Part shown: in pieces, positions 10,031-23,944 of the stretch
How the letters are laid out: each line of letters begins with the position of its first letter
Position numbering within the stretch: the first letter of the stretch is position 1
NCBI GenBank assembly: GCA_050575255.1
Contig: JBNZDD010013685.1
Coordinates: 5,327,517-5,391,516, forward strand
Direction of reading: 5' to 3'
Length of the DNA stretch: 64,000 nt
Origin: Harriotta raleighana
Taxonomy: Eukaryota
The notes under the pieces: generated by a model
What the model saw: the letters and a program-made list of their open reading frames with translations, nothing else
Database searches by the model: none
What the model was told of the DNA's origin: nothing
Program-made: the position numbers and the translations under genes

Positions 10031-12417
10031 ACTTTTAGATGTCTTCTCGACATGAAAAGGTTCAAAACTAAAAACAAAGATTACTATTATGTTACATTTT
10101 TGTTCAANATCGAACCCAGGTCTGCCACTTGCCAAGCCAGTGCTCTAAACACTGAGCTACAGGACTCCAGACTTTTAGATGTCTTCTCGACATGAAAAGG
10201 TTCAAAACTAAAAACAAAGATTACTATTATGTTACATTTTTGTTCAAAGAAATAATATTGAATAACAAATGGCATTCCAAGCCTTGCATCCCTTTTGTCA
10301 ACTATTCTGAAACAGCTTTCAATGCACTAAACTATTTGTGGGTTGAGCAAAGGAATTAAAATGATATAACGAAAATCATACATTACTTCAGATTGCTTTG
10401 AAGGTGCACTACCTTGACATAAGTGCTACCTTTCGTTAAAGCGAGATTTGCCTGTTTATGTAGATGTTAAAGATTCTGTAACACGATTTGAAAAGAGAAG
10501 GGAGATTTTTTCAATGTCCTGTCCAACAATTCTTCAAAAACAAATTGGTCATGCACTGGTACATGCTGTCCACCAAACGAGGGCTGAAACTCAAGCTTAT
10601 CAGGTGTCAAATAGCTAACTAGTAACTATTCACCCCTGAAAGGGGTTTGGGCCTGAGCTAGCTTCTTGGCAACTGAATGTTTCAATCAAATCCATTGTCT
10701 GTGGTTGTCCCAGTCGTCAGATCCTGAGCCAGGTGATTTTCGGTTCTCCAGGGCCCGGTTGAGAACAGATCAACTTGCCTGGTCATCAATAGGAGTTGGA
10801 GGGGCTGATTCCACGTTGGAGGGATTCTTCATACACTCAGCTCATGTCAACCCAGCAAACCAAAGGCCAATTGGGGAGGCTGGTCCTAGCTGGAGCCAAG
10901 CAGTAGGAAGCTTGCCAAACAGTGCTGTCAATGACAAACTGTACTATTTAACTGATTAAATTCCTAGTGTACAGTAACACATATTCTGAGCTCCCTAAAC
11001 CTTAGCTCTTGCCAAGTTACAACTCATATTTTCCAGAATCAGGTAAGCAGGGTGCATACCTCTGGGGAGAGAGGGTGCATGTTCCATTCCAGGCACGGGA
11101 AATTTTCATGTATAATAATATACATATGTGTAACTCTCAGCTTGGGTTATATACTGTTAATCGTGGAATTCTGCATATGTCAGACACCTGGCTGACCAAA
11201 GCAAAATTGACAGCAATTGCCTGCTATGTCCTTTGATATATTTTCATGTCAAAGGCTCAGTTAAAAATTAGGAACATTCATGCTATCAAATGATCTCTGT
11301 TGCATTTATGAATAGCAGATGAGGATAGCATCAGGCTTGGCTGTGCCCTCCCCCACTGGACACATGGTCAGTCAGTCGACAATCATAAATCAGGCTCATG
11401 TATGAGAAATGTGACTGGAATATCTGGACATACAGGAAGCTGCTGGCTCGCAGCATGAATCACACCTACAGGAGGAAGGTAACATTGGAAAATAAATTGT
11501 TGCACATTAACAATTTTCATGTATCTTCAAATAGGACAAGATTGAAAACTAGAACCAGATGTTTCACTGGATGTGATCTCCTTCACCCACTCTCAGCTTT
11601 CAAGGTGTCCTCCTCAGTCTAAGTCTCGGCTACGGTGTCATCAGGTTCTTGTCCTCTGACACATGATAGTGGCTCATGTGTGACTAATTTTGTTTTGAAA
11701 TGCTGCTGGATGTGGTTGAGTCATTTGGGTGGATACGGAAAGGAATTGCAGGTATCCGATAGAACTGTAAACTATCTGTGTCAGTTTATTATTGGCACCT
11801 CTCAAAAGATCCACCTCTACATCAGGTAAACCTCTCTTGTTATTTATTTCAGAGGAATATTTAGACAATTTGCCTCCAGAATTATTCAATTTTACAGTGC
11901 ACCTTATGAAGAGCTTTGAGACATCCTTCAGATGTGCAAGGCACACCACATCAAGGATCACACAAAGATTGTGAGCCAATACAATAATAATGACAAATAA
12001 TACAATAGTTATATTATTGATGATGATCATTATTATTTTGATTGCAACCTATTTTTCTCCTCCTTATCAATTTTTCTTGCTTCGCCTAAGATCCTGATTC
12101 TTGCTGAGGAGACACTCCCTAGGCTTAATTGGTACAAACAACTCCCTTTCCACATAAGAGAATCTTCAATGTGAGCTGGAATCCCAGGAATGGTTGGAAA
12201 TGGGGTTGGGAAGGGGTAGGCAAGAGGTGGCCCACAGTGCAGTAAAAACAATAGGTTTCAGCTGGGCAAAATGTAAGGCAATTGCCTGTTGTGTTTTACC
12301 CACAAAATAGACAGTCAATGAACTTTACAATATATCCTGTGAAGCACTTTGAGATGACTTGAACAGGTGCTATATCATATACAGTACAACCATTCTTCTT
12401 ATGATGATAAAGTGGCT

Positions 12418-12835
12418 GATCCTTGTCCTCACTTTCAAGGTCCTCCATGGCCTTTCCACCTCCTACCTATCTGATCTCCTGATCCACTATCAACCTGTCC
12501 TCTCCCTCCATTCAGCAGGCTCCGGCCTGCTCCGTGTCTCCTTCCTGACCCGTTCCACCATCGGCGGCCCAGGCCTTCAGCCTCTCTTCCCCTACACTTT
12601 GGAACTACATCCCACAATCTCTTTGCCTTGTTCCCTCCCTTGCCTCCTTGAAGACTGGTTTCAAGATTTTCCTTTTCGACCATTCCTTCAGCTGCCCTCC
12701 CACCTCTCTGCCTCCCCTCACCCCTACCCTGCCCCTAGCCTATGCCCCTATCCCATGACCCTTCACTGTTCGGTGTCTTGGAATGTCCTCCCGACATGAA
12801 AGGTGCTCTATAAATGTAATTTTGTTCTTGTTGGT
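12418..12835 (+). mobile_element. L2 3' fragment
   Basis: ILVLTFKVLHGLSTSYLSDLL C-terminal ORF2 remnant plus L2 tail. Confidence 0.85.
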
Positions 12836-14320
12836 GTGGACGTGATAAAGTGCATATCAAATGCAAAGATTATTATTATTATTAAAGCTCATTAACCAAT
12901 AGTGGGGCAGAGGGGATAGAATGTGTAGATCTGCCCTGAGTTGATGGAGTGAAGTGTAAGTGCAAGAGAGCAGAACATCACAGAGATATGTTATGGGGTG
13001 AGATTGGAGACATATAAAGGTGAAGACAATGATCTTACAGTCGACCTACGTTTTTTGAAGAACCAATGGTGAGGACAGTAATAAGGACATTCTCATGGAA
13101 ACAATGTGGCAAATACACAGAGACACTATATTTACAGTACTGAACTGTGGAAGAAAAAAACAAAATATACATATTTTTTGAGAAAAATGTTCAGTGAATT
13201 TAACCCATCGTGAGTTAAAAGCAATAACTTAATTTTAAGCTTAAAACAATGTTCAGAAACTGGTTGAACTTCACTTTTTTGTGGTCTGTGACATCATATG
13301 AACCCTGTGTTTGAATTACAATCTTCACATTGCTCCCAGCTGCCTATTATTCTCTTTCAATTGTTTGGGGGCCCTGAAGAACAGTAAGTGCTTTTGTGAA
13401 TCCTGAGTAAAACTGATACAAAGGTCAACCTCCAGCACAGGTGGACATGTATCACAATACACCTCACCAATGTGGTCTCCCTTTATTCAGGCTGTGCCAA
13501 ACAGAAAAACAAACCCTCGGAAAAAAAATTGTCTGGCCGTCAAAGGACAGGTGCAGTTATATTGTTGGAAAGGGATAGTTAAGTGATGGTGCTTTTGTGT
13601 TGTGTCAATGCTGGTGCCTTTATTGAGCCAGTGGGAGACGTTCCTGCAGCTTATCAAATAACCGTGATTTATGTGAAGGCCGGGAGACTGAAATCATTCC
13701 CCGGGTACCTTCTTTCAGAGACTGATGACTGAGTTAAAGTGGAATGCATGTGCACAGGATGGCCTGGATATTTGTGTTGCGCTGCGGATTGCTGTCCTTT
13801 GTGGAAAGAGATGCCTGCCCGACCTATGACCTTCACAAACCTGTGTGATAGAAATGGGTGTATTTTGACCACTGACTTTGACTGACTGGAGTTTGAAAAA
13901 TGCAGCAATCGTAATAGTGACACCTACTGGTAACCGCATGATTGCCACACTACGCTCAGGAAATCCGCTGCGATGCAAATAATTCCTGGAGATAATTTCA
14001 GTCTCAGCTATATGATNATGCAGCAATCGTAATAGTGACACCTACTGGTAACCGCATGATTGCCACACTACGCTCAGGAAATCTGCTGCGATGCAAATAA
14101 TTCCTGGAGATAATTTCAGTCTCAGCTATATGATCCAAGTGGCAGCGAATACAGCTATTTTTTGGACCCATTATTTTCAGTCAATTCTGTATCTGAGAAT
14201 GAATTGCTACATGCCCAAAGTCAAAGAAGGGCAATGAAGACTATCAATGCGCAAGGTATATTTCAGAGACAGTGAGAAAAAACTATTGTTTCTAAACCTT
14301 CTTCATTCATTCCTTTAAAC

Positions 14321-14775
14321 CAGTGGTTCCCAACTTCAGGTCCTGACCCAAATCAGGGTCCTCAGTAGGGTCGCAAAGAGTCATCCGAATTTTTTTTGTT
14401 GCTTTTTTTAACGCTGANGCGGGGGGTCCTCAGTAGGGTCGCAAAGAGTCATCCGAATTTTTGTTGTTGCTTTTTTTAACGCTGAAAATGCTTTTTTAAT
14501 GCTGNCTCAGTAGGGTCGCAAAGAGTCATCCGAATTTTTTTTGTTGCTTTTTTTAACGCTGAAAATGCTTTTTTAATGCTGAAAAGTGCCCTAGGCGACA
14601 CTGCTAACCAATTTGTATGAAAGACCGTACTAGCAAGTTGCACTGAGTCCACAAAAGAAACAGAGATATCGTCTTGGCTGAGCTTCACTTCAGTTGCGCA
14701 GTCACCCCTTAAGGGTCCAGAGGTCCTGTTGGTGTCTAATTTAGGGTTGTAGCAAAAAAAGGTTGGGAACCAGTG
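14321..14775. mobile_element. hAT (Charlie-like) MITE
   Basis: TIR CAGTGGTTCCCAAC / GTTGGGAACCAGTG; perfect 8-bp TSD CTTTAAAC (14313-14320, 14776-14783); length inflated by artefact duplicates at n14418 and n14505. Confidence 0.9.
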
Positions 14776-15489
14776 CTTTAAACATTCAACTTTTATCACA
14801 ATCTCAAACCCTTTGTCACAGTCTCCCCTGTTTATCAACAAAAGTTGCTTTCTCAGCTGCAGTGTGGCTCAGTGACCTGAAATGACCTCGACAGCTATAG
14901 ACTGACCTGCCATTAATGACCCATGAGAGCTATTCGCTCCACAATAAATTACTGGGTTAAAAACTTGGCACGATTTTCAAAACAAAGAGGGACTTTCTTA
15001 GACTGTTTCTGGTAAATTGGTTTTGCAGTGTCCTTGAAAAAATGTTTTGAAACTCAATGTTTGCAAGATTGAAGGGTGCTTGTATGATTCGTGGTTTGGG
15101 GCAAACATCTCATTCCTGTTCCTTTTATCGGTGTCCTGCAGACTGGTATTGTTGAATTATGAGAAACATTTTTGAAGGCAAGTCCAATAAAACACTATAC
15201 ATGGCACTTCCCATACAAGAAAGTTTAGGACTTACTTTCCCATCAAATTCATTTTACTTTTTTTTTCCTTCTCCTTCTTGGAGGCACCGATGAGCATTGG
15301 TCACTGTTACCCTCCAATATCTTTTGCAAGTCACTATTCATCAACTGTTCATTCCTGGAGGAATCACAGCCCTGGCTGATTCTGTCCATATGCTCCAGCA
15401 GGTTACTGACTGAATTTTCCCCCTCCCTAGTCCATGGGCAATGGGGCTAATCATAGCTCTCTTATAATTTGCTAAGGGCAGCTAGCTTA

Positions 15490-15778
15490 ATAATAATAAT
15501 CGTTGCATTTGATGTACCACTTTTCACGTCTTCTGGACATCTCAAAGTGCTTCACAAAATATACTGTAAAGGGAATTGACTGTATATTTTTGGGTGAAAT
15601 GTGGAAGCCAATTGCACACAGGACAGTCCCACAATCAGTTGTGGATTGAAATTACCAATTTTTTGGGGAGGGATTATTATCAGGCATGTGGAGTAATAAG
15701 GTTTTGCTCTCCTTGCAATTGAACCCTGGTCTTTCGCTCTAAGGCAAGTGCTCTAATCACTGAGTTACAGGACTCCAC
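15490..15778 (-). mobile_element. Full-length SINE family 1, apparently inserted in an older SINE-like repeat (about 15255-15860)
   Basis: Family match; flanks resemble the decayed repeat at 57830-58310. Confidence 0.8.
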
Positions 15779-16293
15779 ACTTAATACAAAGAGGGATCAA
15801 ACCTGGGCCCTTCTGGCTCTGACGGGCTTTAGGTGGTGCTTTACCAAACGAGCCATCAATTGAGCTCAGAAGCAAATTATTATTATGGCAGAACCTGATT
15901 ATTACACCTTTGAGACATGTAGAAGACGTGATAAGGTGCTATATCAAATGCAAGAATTATTATTGTTAGTATAAGACACTGTTATGATGTTAGGTTGCTA
16001 AAAAGGTGTGTGCCCTGTGAACCAATGGTCAGTTTCCTGTATGCCTGTTGGTTGCATTAAATAATGGTCGACTTCAGGGCTATCAAATTGCTGCAAACAT
16101 TATTTCCTGCACGGCCCACAGGAAGTGATGTTGGTGCAGGTGGGACAATAATGAGAGCAAATTCGCTGCTACATTTGTCTACAAATACACAATCATTGCA
16201 CTTAGCAATAAATCTTGAAATGTTTTGACAATGTGATCAGGAGCTATATTAAATGCAAGGATTAGTAATAAAGAAATACCTAAACATTCCTAA

Positions 16294-16740
16294 AGTACTG
16301 CCTCAAGACCCTCCTCTTCAACTGTGCCATTGGTCACCCCCGTTCCCACACTTCCCTCCACCCTCCCTGATCCAAACCTTAGCTCGGATCCAAAACATTG
16401 ACTGTCCAGCGCCTTGAGACATCCTCCTGTCGTGAAAGGCATTATGCAAATGTAATTTTGTTCTTGTTGTTGTCTGTATCCCGTCATCATAAGCTTCAGT
16501 TGTGCACATTGTCTGAACCAAGTACAACACTACTGGACAGTCAGTATTTTGGACCGTGAAAGTTGGGGTCAGGATCGGGGAGGGTGGAGGCAAGGAAGGG
16601 GAAGAGGGGTGACTGATGGCATGGTTGAAGAGGAGGGTCTTGAGATGGTACTTGAAGGAGGCTAGGGAGAGGGCGAGGCAGAAGAATTGAGGAAGGAATT
16701 CCAAAGATTGGGGGTAGAGTGGCTGAAGCCTCGCCATGTT
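16294..16740. mobile_element. Tail-to-tail pair of L2 3' fragments
   Basis: 16294-16472 (+) and 16533-16740 (-) share CTCAAGACCCTCCTCTTCAAC...TGACTGTCCAG in inverted orientation. Confidence 0.8.
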
Positions 16741-18899
16741 TGTACCATCAGTCTTGTTATCTATATCTTGAGGTTACATTCAATTACCCAAGGATATTGT
16801 TTCAATGTCACTGTGAATCGACTGTAGTCACAGAATTTGGTAAGAGACAATTCATAAAAGGTGACAATAAATATCTCTGAAAAGCTTTGGCTTTGGAAAA
16901 AACTGACTTGAGTGTGAGTTCTCTCCAAAGAAGAATTGCCTCAGAGACAGGCTGGATGACGCGATGAAAACTCTGAATATAGAAGTGGTGTCAAACCTAG
17001 TGTAATTCAGCACATAGAAGAACACAACCATCTGAGAAAGCTTGCCATGAGTACATCCAATGTGACCCACAAGGTATGCAAAATGGCCTTCTATGGTTTT
17101 GTTGTCAAAAACAATTCTAATAACAATAAGAATCCATGCATTTGGAAAAAAAACTTGCACCAACCATATTAACTTTAACTCTAAAATAAAGTAAAATAGT
17201 ACTAAAGAAATTTACAGGATAGAAAAAGGCCATCGTGCCTGGGCTGGTTCTCTGGAAAAACAATTTCTGTTCAATGCTCTTCGCCTGTTTTTTCCTCCTG
17301 TTCTTTATTACTTGTCCTTTTCATACTTTGCTTAATTCACTCTTAAAAGTGAATATTGTGGTTGGTGCAAGTGAACATTGATGTTTACCACCTCAGCCAC
17401 CTATCAATGTAAACAAAAATTCCTGCATTCTCATTTTCCTCATTTGATCATTATGTTAAATCAATGCCTCTCCAGTTATCAACTCACTGAATGGTGGAAA
17501 TATTTTCACCCCATTTATATTAGCAAAACCTCTCAACAGAACTCCTCACAACCTACTCTACTGTGGCTTCAACAGCCTAAACATGGAATAAAAGTTTGCG
17601 TATCAAAAATAAGTTTTAGTCTGGTTGTGGAGTGATTGCTGTCATGTCTGGTAAGGATGGGGTGGTCAATGAACTATGGAGTAAATGCATATCTTATGTT
17701 GTCTGCCAGACATTCTTATGAACTGACTGGACAATTTTTGATTCCCAATGTCCATAGGATAATCAGATTGTGTGTTGAGCCAGATACAGGGCATTACTTT
17801 GTGCTTGCTGTCTCACAATATTTGTATGTTTATATTATTAAATCTTTTGTGAAAAGCAAGTGGGTATATTTGGGTGTAATAGTCGTTGGATGGTTGTAAG
17901 CTATCACTGCCTATAAATCAGTAAACTTACAATTTCAGTAAATCTTCATTGTTTCAGCAGCTGTTGCTGACAGCTAGTGTCAAAACAAATATACTGGAAG
18001 ATACAAGACTACTTTGAGCATAAATCATCACTTAGCATCTATGTTAAGATGTCTGACCCTGTAATCTCCCCATTTGGAGTTTGAGAAACTGTCTAGTGTT
18101 GAGATTTACCAAGACTGTGGAGAATTTACTCCCACATGACTCTGGACACACCCATTAACCCCACCCATGCCAGTCTTGGGTGTCTCCAGTTATGCCAACT
18201 GAGGGACCTGAAGAGCCTCAACCTATCCTTCAAATTTCTTTATACCCCAATCCATTCTTCCTCTGCAAACTGCTCCAGCACTATTGTCTTTCCACTCATA
18301 CACCTCATTCCTCCCTCCTCACTACCTTTATCCTCCTTCTCTCTGGAATAATGATTTGCCAGTCAGGGCACACCGCATGCTGTCAGTGGATAGTAACAAC
18401 AACAATGTGCATTTATTTGGTACCCTTCATCCCAGAGCATCGATGGATACCAACAGCAACAGACATGAGCATTGTCCAACAGTAAGTGGTTGGTAGCAAA
18501 ATTGCATACGGCATTTTCACATTCCTGACTTTCACATTTCTGAATGAAAGATAACACAACACCTGTGTGATCCCTGCATGTTGTCTGGAAGTTATCTTTT
18601 ATCCTGAGATCCAACAGAGGCATATATCACAAATTGAGAGTATTTTCACAGTTATTTGGGAAGTGGGCCTTCGACAAGTGGCTATCAGACTCAACTTACC
18701 TTTTTAAGGTAGTTTCACAAAGCTTTTTTTCATTGAACGTTTACCACAGTTATTCTGAACCAAAATTGTTTTCGATGCCAATTCATTCACATAGATCAGC
18801 ACAAGATAGGTTCCTGTACTTTGTTCAACTCAATTATTTTAACCACGAAGAAGCTCTGCACTAAATGTAGTGGAATTGGAATGAAACAGATAAAAGGGT

Positions 18900-19192
18900 A
18901 ATAATAGTAATAATCTTCTCGACGTCTTAAAGTGCTTCACAGAATATATTGTAAAGTGAATTGACTATTTGTGGGCGAAAACACAGCAGCCAATTGTGCA
19001 CAGCAGTGTCCCACAAACAGTTGTGGATTGAAATGACCAATTTGATTATTCTGCTTTGATTTTAGAGGGATTATTAATAGGTTATGGAGTAAGGAAACTT
19101 GCTTAAGGTTTCGCCCTGACTGTCTTGGATTCGAAACGCAGGTGTCACGATTGTAAGGCGAGTGCTCTAACCACTGAGCTGCAGGACTCCAC
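18900..19192 (-). mobile_element. SINE family 1
   Basis: Family match, intact tRNA-like head. Confidence 0.85.
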
Positions 19193-21019
19193 AATAATAA
19201 AGATGACATTCCCCAGTACTCTGTGAAATGGCAGTGATACACTCATTTTCCTGCAATAATTCTCAACCCACAATACTGATGCATTAAGTAATTTCTTTAT
19301 TTTAATTTACGACCATTCACCCCACTCCTGGTTGCCAGGGATTGTATTATATGGCCTGCTTCTCTATTCGTTGGCTCTTTCTTAATTGCCTTTTACTCCC
19401 TCCGCATGGGGGAAGAATAAAGAATGGGTGGAGTTTGATGTGGAGTTTAAATGGCATGGGCTGGTACAGTCTATGTAAATCAATGTAAACCTGGAATCTG
19501 AAGTAATGGCAGCTGTTGTGGCAACAAAAATAATGAAAACTAGTGGCTTTGGGCTCAGACATTCTGCTGAACTTGGGATAATTATCATATTGAACCTGCT
19601 GTAAAGCATTGCATTTCTAACTCTTTACTGACAAATTCTCCTGCCTTGCTGAGATCAGCTGAGCTCAGCACAGACCAGCTAAACAACCTGAGGGCTTCCA
19701 AATCTCTATTGCATGCAACCAAACCATAGTGAGAGTGAATAAGCAAATTACTGTGTTGGGACTACGAACCAACTCATTACTGACTTTCGACCAGAGAATA
19801 AATCAGTTATCATCGTTATTTGATGGTGGTCGAGAGACAGGCTTTTAACTTTTTAAATATATTGCTGGTTTTGCATTGGTAATCTTCTAATTGGTTTACA
19901 TTGAGGGTTATAGAGAGATGGCTGGATAGATGCATCAACAAGAAATGGAAATAATGAAAAGATACAATGCAATTTAAATTTATATATTACTGGAGGATGT
20001 CTCAAAGTGATTGACATGCTGTAGGATATTGCTTTAAGAAGTAAATGAGATGGGCCTTGAACAGGGGAGGGAGAGAGCGAGTCAGATGGTGTTCCAGAGA
20101 GTTGAGGATTGTAGGAGGTCACAAAGGTAGGCTAGAGTGAGTAATGGAGAGATTTGAACTTGAGAACAAGGATCTTGAATTTGACCTGCTGGGGAATGGG
20201 GAGCCAGAATAACTGAGTGAGAATGGGAATGATCAGTTTGCGGAACCTGGGGCTGATAACTGGAAGATGAAGAAGATGCTTTTAAAAGAGAAGCATAAAA
20301 TATAACTAAAGAGAGTGGAATCAGAGCAAATGCTAAATATAAGTATAATATATATAAATTACTATAATAATGATGTAATGAAAATAATCATTTACTAATG
20401 TACATTGAACCAGCACATTACGAATCTCACCAACAATCACTAATGGAATTGCAGCTTCTCTCATGCTTGAAAGTCCATCTCTTTTCATTCTCTCAAGAAT
20501 AATGTGTTCTTTTGTAGCCTTAGAGTAGTCTTTTTTTTAATAATCAGAAGGAATTGTAATTTGTCATTTCCTTTTCAAAAAAAGTTAATCATCTGTCCTT
20601 TTGTCACTTGAAAGCAATAACCTCTCTCAAAGTCAATCGCAACTTCAGTTGTTAAAATTTCACCTGGGGTCTAGATGTACTCTATTAGTATAACTATTAA
20701 CCTCTCTGTGAAGCACTCTGAGATGCTACCCTGCGTGGAGGATGCTATACAAGTGCAAGTTGTTGATGTAACATTTTAGAGTGCCCAGAATTTGGCAAAT
20801 TGTTAAATTCAGGCTTAACTTTGTTCCTAAAAGAACTTATAGAAAGCAGTTTATCTTTAGGAAGACACATCTATCAACAACAACAACAGCAACAACAACT
20901 TGAATTTATATAGTGCCCTCCATGTGGGAGGTGTGTCAGCCCAGCTTCAGCCAATACGGTATCATCTGTTATTTCGGAACCTAAAGAGTTAAGATCAGTG
21001 CACGGGACTTTCTCCAACA

Positions 21020-21440
21020 TCAGAGCGCTTCACAGTGGTGCAGCCTGAGTCTGAGCCAGAAAAGGGGGGGAAGCGATCGTAAATGCAGTTGAAGAGAAAG
21101 GTCTCCAGGTGCAACCTGAAAATGGGAAAGGAGGGGTGAGGCGAAGGGGCTGATGGAGGGAGTTCCAAAGTTTTGGGGGCATAGTGGCTGAAATCACAGC
21201 TGCTGATCGTGGAATGGAGGATACGGGGGACAACAGGAGGTTGGACCCAATAGAATGAAGGCAGGGGATCCTGCCGTGAGGAGAGAGGAAATTTGACAGG
21301 TATGTGGGGTACCAAACAGTGGATGGATTTAAACACAAGCATCAATTGATCCACTCTGTAATAGGCAGCCAGTGGAGTTTGGCAAGGACTAGCGTAATTG
21401 GGATACAAAGCTTGGTACAGGTGAGAATCTGGGCGGCTGT
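21020..21440 (-). mobile_element. L2 3' fragment
   Basis: FKSIHCLVP / YAPKLWNSL / LETFLF remnants. Confidence 0.75.
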
Positions 21441-22910
21441 CAATGCATTACTCCCCCAGTGCTGCATTTTAATGTAAGCCAGAAACAGTGGTGCACAACC
21501 TTTATGATCGCCCAACAAACTAAACGTTCTTGAATATTTATTGATTCCGTTTCAACAACAAAATATACAGTCAATTCACTTTTCAGTCTATTCTATGAAG
21601 ACGTTTCAACAACATGTAAAGGGTCTAAATCCAATGCAAGTATTATTAGGAGTAAATATTTAATCAAGAGAAAAAATTAACTATTGAACATGGACTTAAC
21701 TATGAAAATGTTCGGGAGAGGGGTCACTTCTTCACCATCCCATGGACCACAGCTTGGCTGGCACAGGCCTAGAATAATGTCTTGAAGCAATTTACAGAGT
21801 CGTGGAGAGGGCCTCCAAGAAGAATTCTCAATCCTTTCGCAGAGTTCAATGCCAGAGCAGAATTATTAAGTAGGTTAACACCCATATCAAAGGCCTAAAC
21901 TGATGTGTAAAATCAATCAATCAATTCCAGCTGTTGACTCCACATGGTATTAGAGGAAATGGTGTGACAAGGGCAATGATAGTCTGATTCAGTATATCCT
22001 TGTGGATGTGATGTTAGACACCAACCATTTGATGCAATGTAAGGGTTAGCACACCAACACTGCACAAAGTTAAAACCTTGTGAAGAGAAGATGAGAAATG
22101 TGCTTCAAGTGTGGGCTATTTGCTAGCTGGTGTTAGCAGATTAGGAAAGTTTATGTGACTTCAAAAATAGTGCAAAGGCAAGCTTCAAAATATTTATTAT
22201 TTGAGTTTTAAGAGAACAAACCCCCCATTTATAAAATACATCTATTTGAACCATTGTGAAAGTGTAGGATGCAAGACGTCAGGACTTGGAACTCATAAAC
22301 AGTAGTCTAGGCTGACACTCCAATGCAGTGTTGTGGATGTGCTCCAATTGTTGCAAGCGCTGTCCTGTGGATGAACAGGCCCCATTTGTCTGTTTAACTA
22401 GATGTTAAAGATCCTATGACACAATGTGAACCCTCCACTATTTACCCTAAACAGTTATTTCATGTGGCAGCCTAACCTATATGTGATAGTCTTGAGTAGG
22501 AGAGTTTGAGAGCTATGGACAAAATATCAAATGCAAATACCACAAAGCAATTTGAGTTGTTTCCACATGATAAGGACTTGATAAGTGGTCACTACAGTAA
22601 ATTCTGTAAAGTGTTTTAAGCTATTTTGATGGTGCCATAAGATAGCACACCAAATGCAAGAATGATTAATATTATTAGTTTAGAGTAACCCCCATGTTAT
22701 TTCCCTTTATTAAACCTTATTAAGATGTACTGAGCACATTGCTACTTTCACAGCCTGTTTCAGTTATCCTCCCCAGCCTAGACTCCCAAGTTTATATTTC
22801 TTTACTTTTTTAATATTTTAATTAAATTTCTTAAATAACTTTATTAAAATATCCAAGAAGAAAACAATCAAATAGCATTCATTAAAATTCAACGTTATTA
22901 AAAACAAAAA

Positions 22911-23312
22911 GAATCATCGCATCCTAGAGCACAGAAGGAGGCCATTAGGCTCATTGTATATATTCTAGATCTTTCAAAGAGCTGCAGACTAGTTCCATTC
23001 CCCTGCTCTTACTCCATAGCTCTGCACCTTTTTAGTTTTTAAGTTCATATCTAATTCCCTTTGATTGAATCTGCTTCCACCACCAATTCAGGCAGTGCAT
23101 CCCAGGCCTTAAAATTTCTGGGTAAAATATATTCTCCTTGTCTCCCCACTGGTTCTCTTGCCAATTATCTTAAATCTTTGTCCTCTGGTTACTGACCCAT
23201 CCGCTGGTGGAAACAGTTTCTCCCCATGTACTCCAATCAAAACCCTTTATAATATTGAACACCTCTAATAAATCTCCCCTCAACCCTTCTCTGCTCAAAG
23301 GAGAATAATCCC
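22911..23312 (-). mobile_element. CR1 LINE 3' fragment
   Basis: GCACAGAAGGAGGCCATT terminus; minus strand encodes decayed CR1 ORF2 C-terminus (TRGQRFKIIG-like). Confidence 0.75.
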
Positions 23313-23944
23313 CCAAAAATGAAATGTTCTTTTTTCTCTACTTAACAACGGTCATTTAATTCAAGATTATTGAACTCCAGCCTTTTCGTGTTTTCCAAAT
23401 ATAATTATTCAGTTCATGTTCCTGTATCACTTGGTTTATTAGAGGTTTAGGTCACTTTCATCTCATCTTCCTTCATCTTCCCATATTCTACTAGCGTTTG
23501 CCTCAGCACAACTGACTTGCTCCAATAACTGCTATCAACTCATCTGGTGAATTTGCCTTCAGACTCTTTCTCATGTCCATGTTGTCCTCCTGGTCTTTCT
23601 TTTGGGTTATTTTGTCTGTCAGTCAGCTTTATCATTACAATCCCTTTCCCTAGCTGCACTTCTGAAAATGCTCTCCACTTTTAAGAAATAAGTTGATTTT
23701 CTTCCCACATCTTAATTCTCCAAGGCTGCTTGAACACATATTGTCCTCTGACTGTGACTGATCTGTGACTTTTGCGTATTCAAGAGGACAAGTGCATAAG
23801 TAAAAACTGCAACAGCAATGAATGAGGATTTCTGCCCCCAATCCCCCCACCCCATTTCTACCTCCCACCTCTTTTTTGCTGGGGAAGAATATGTGACAGA
23901 ATTCATAATGCTGCACAAGCCAAAAAAAGTGACTATGACCAGAA

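Noticed and set aside
9481-10247. Short tandem duplications around n at 9679 and 10108 (also 14017, 14418, 14505, 41938, 56994, 57157, 59982)
   Set aside because: Each pair is separated by exactly one n and is near-identical, indicating a contig-overlap artefact
11398-11487. Exon-like segment with a strong minus-strand acceptor
   Set aside because: Overlaps the end of an old dispersed repeat; frames stop or do not chain
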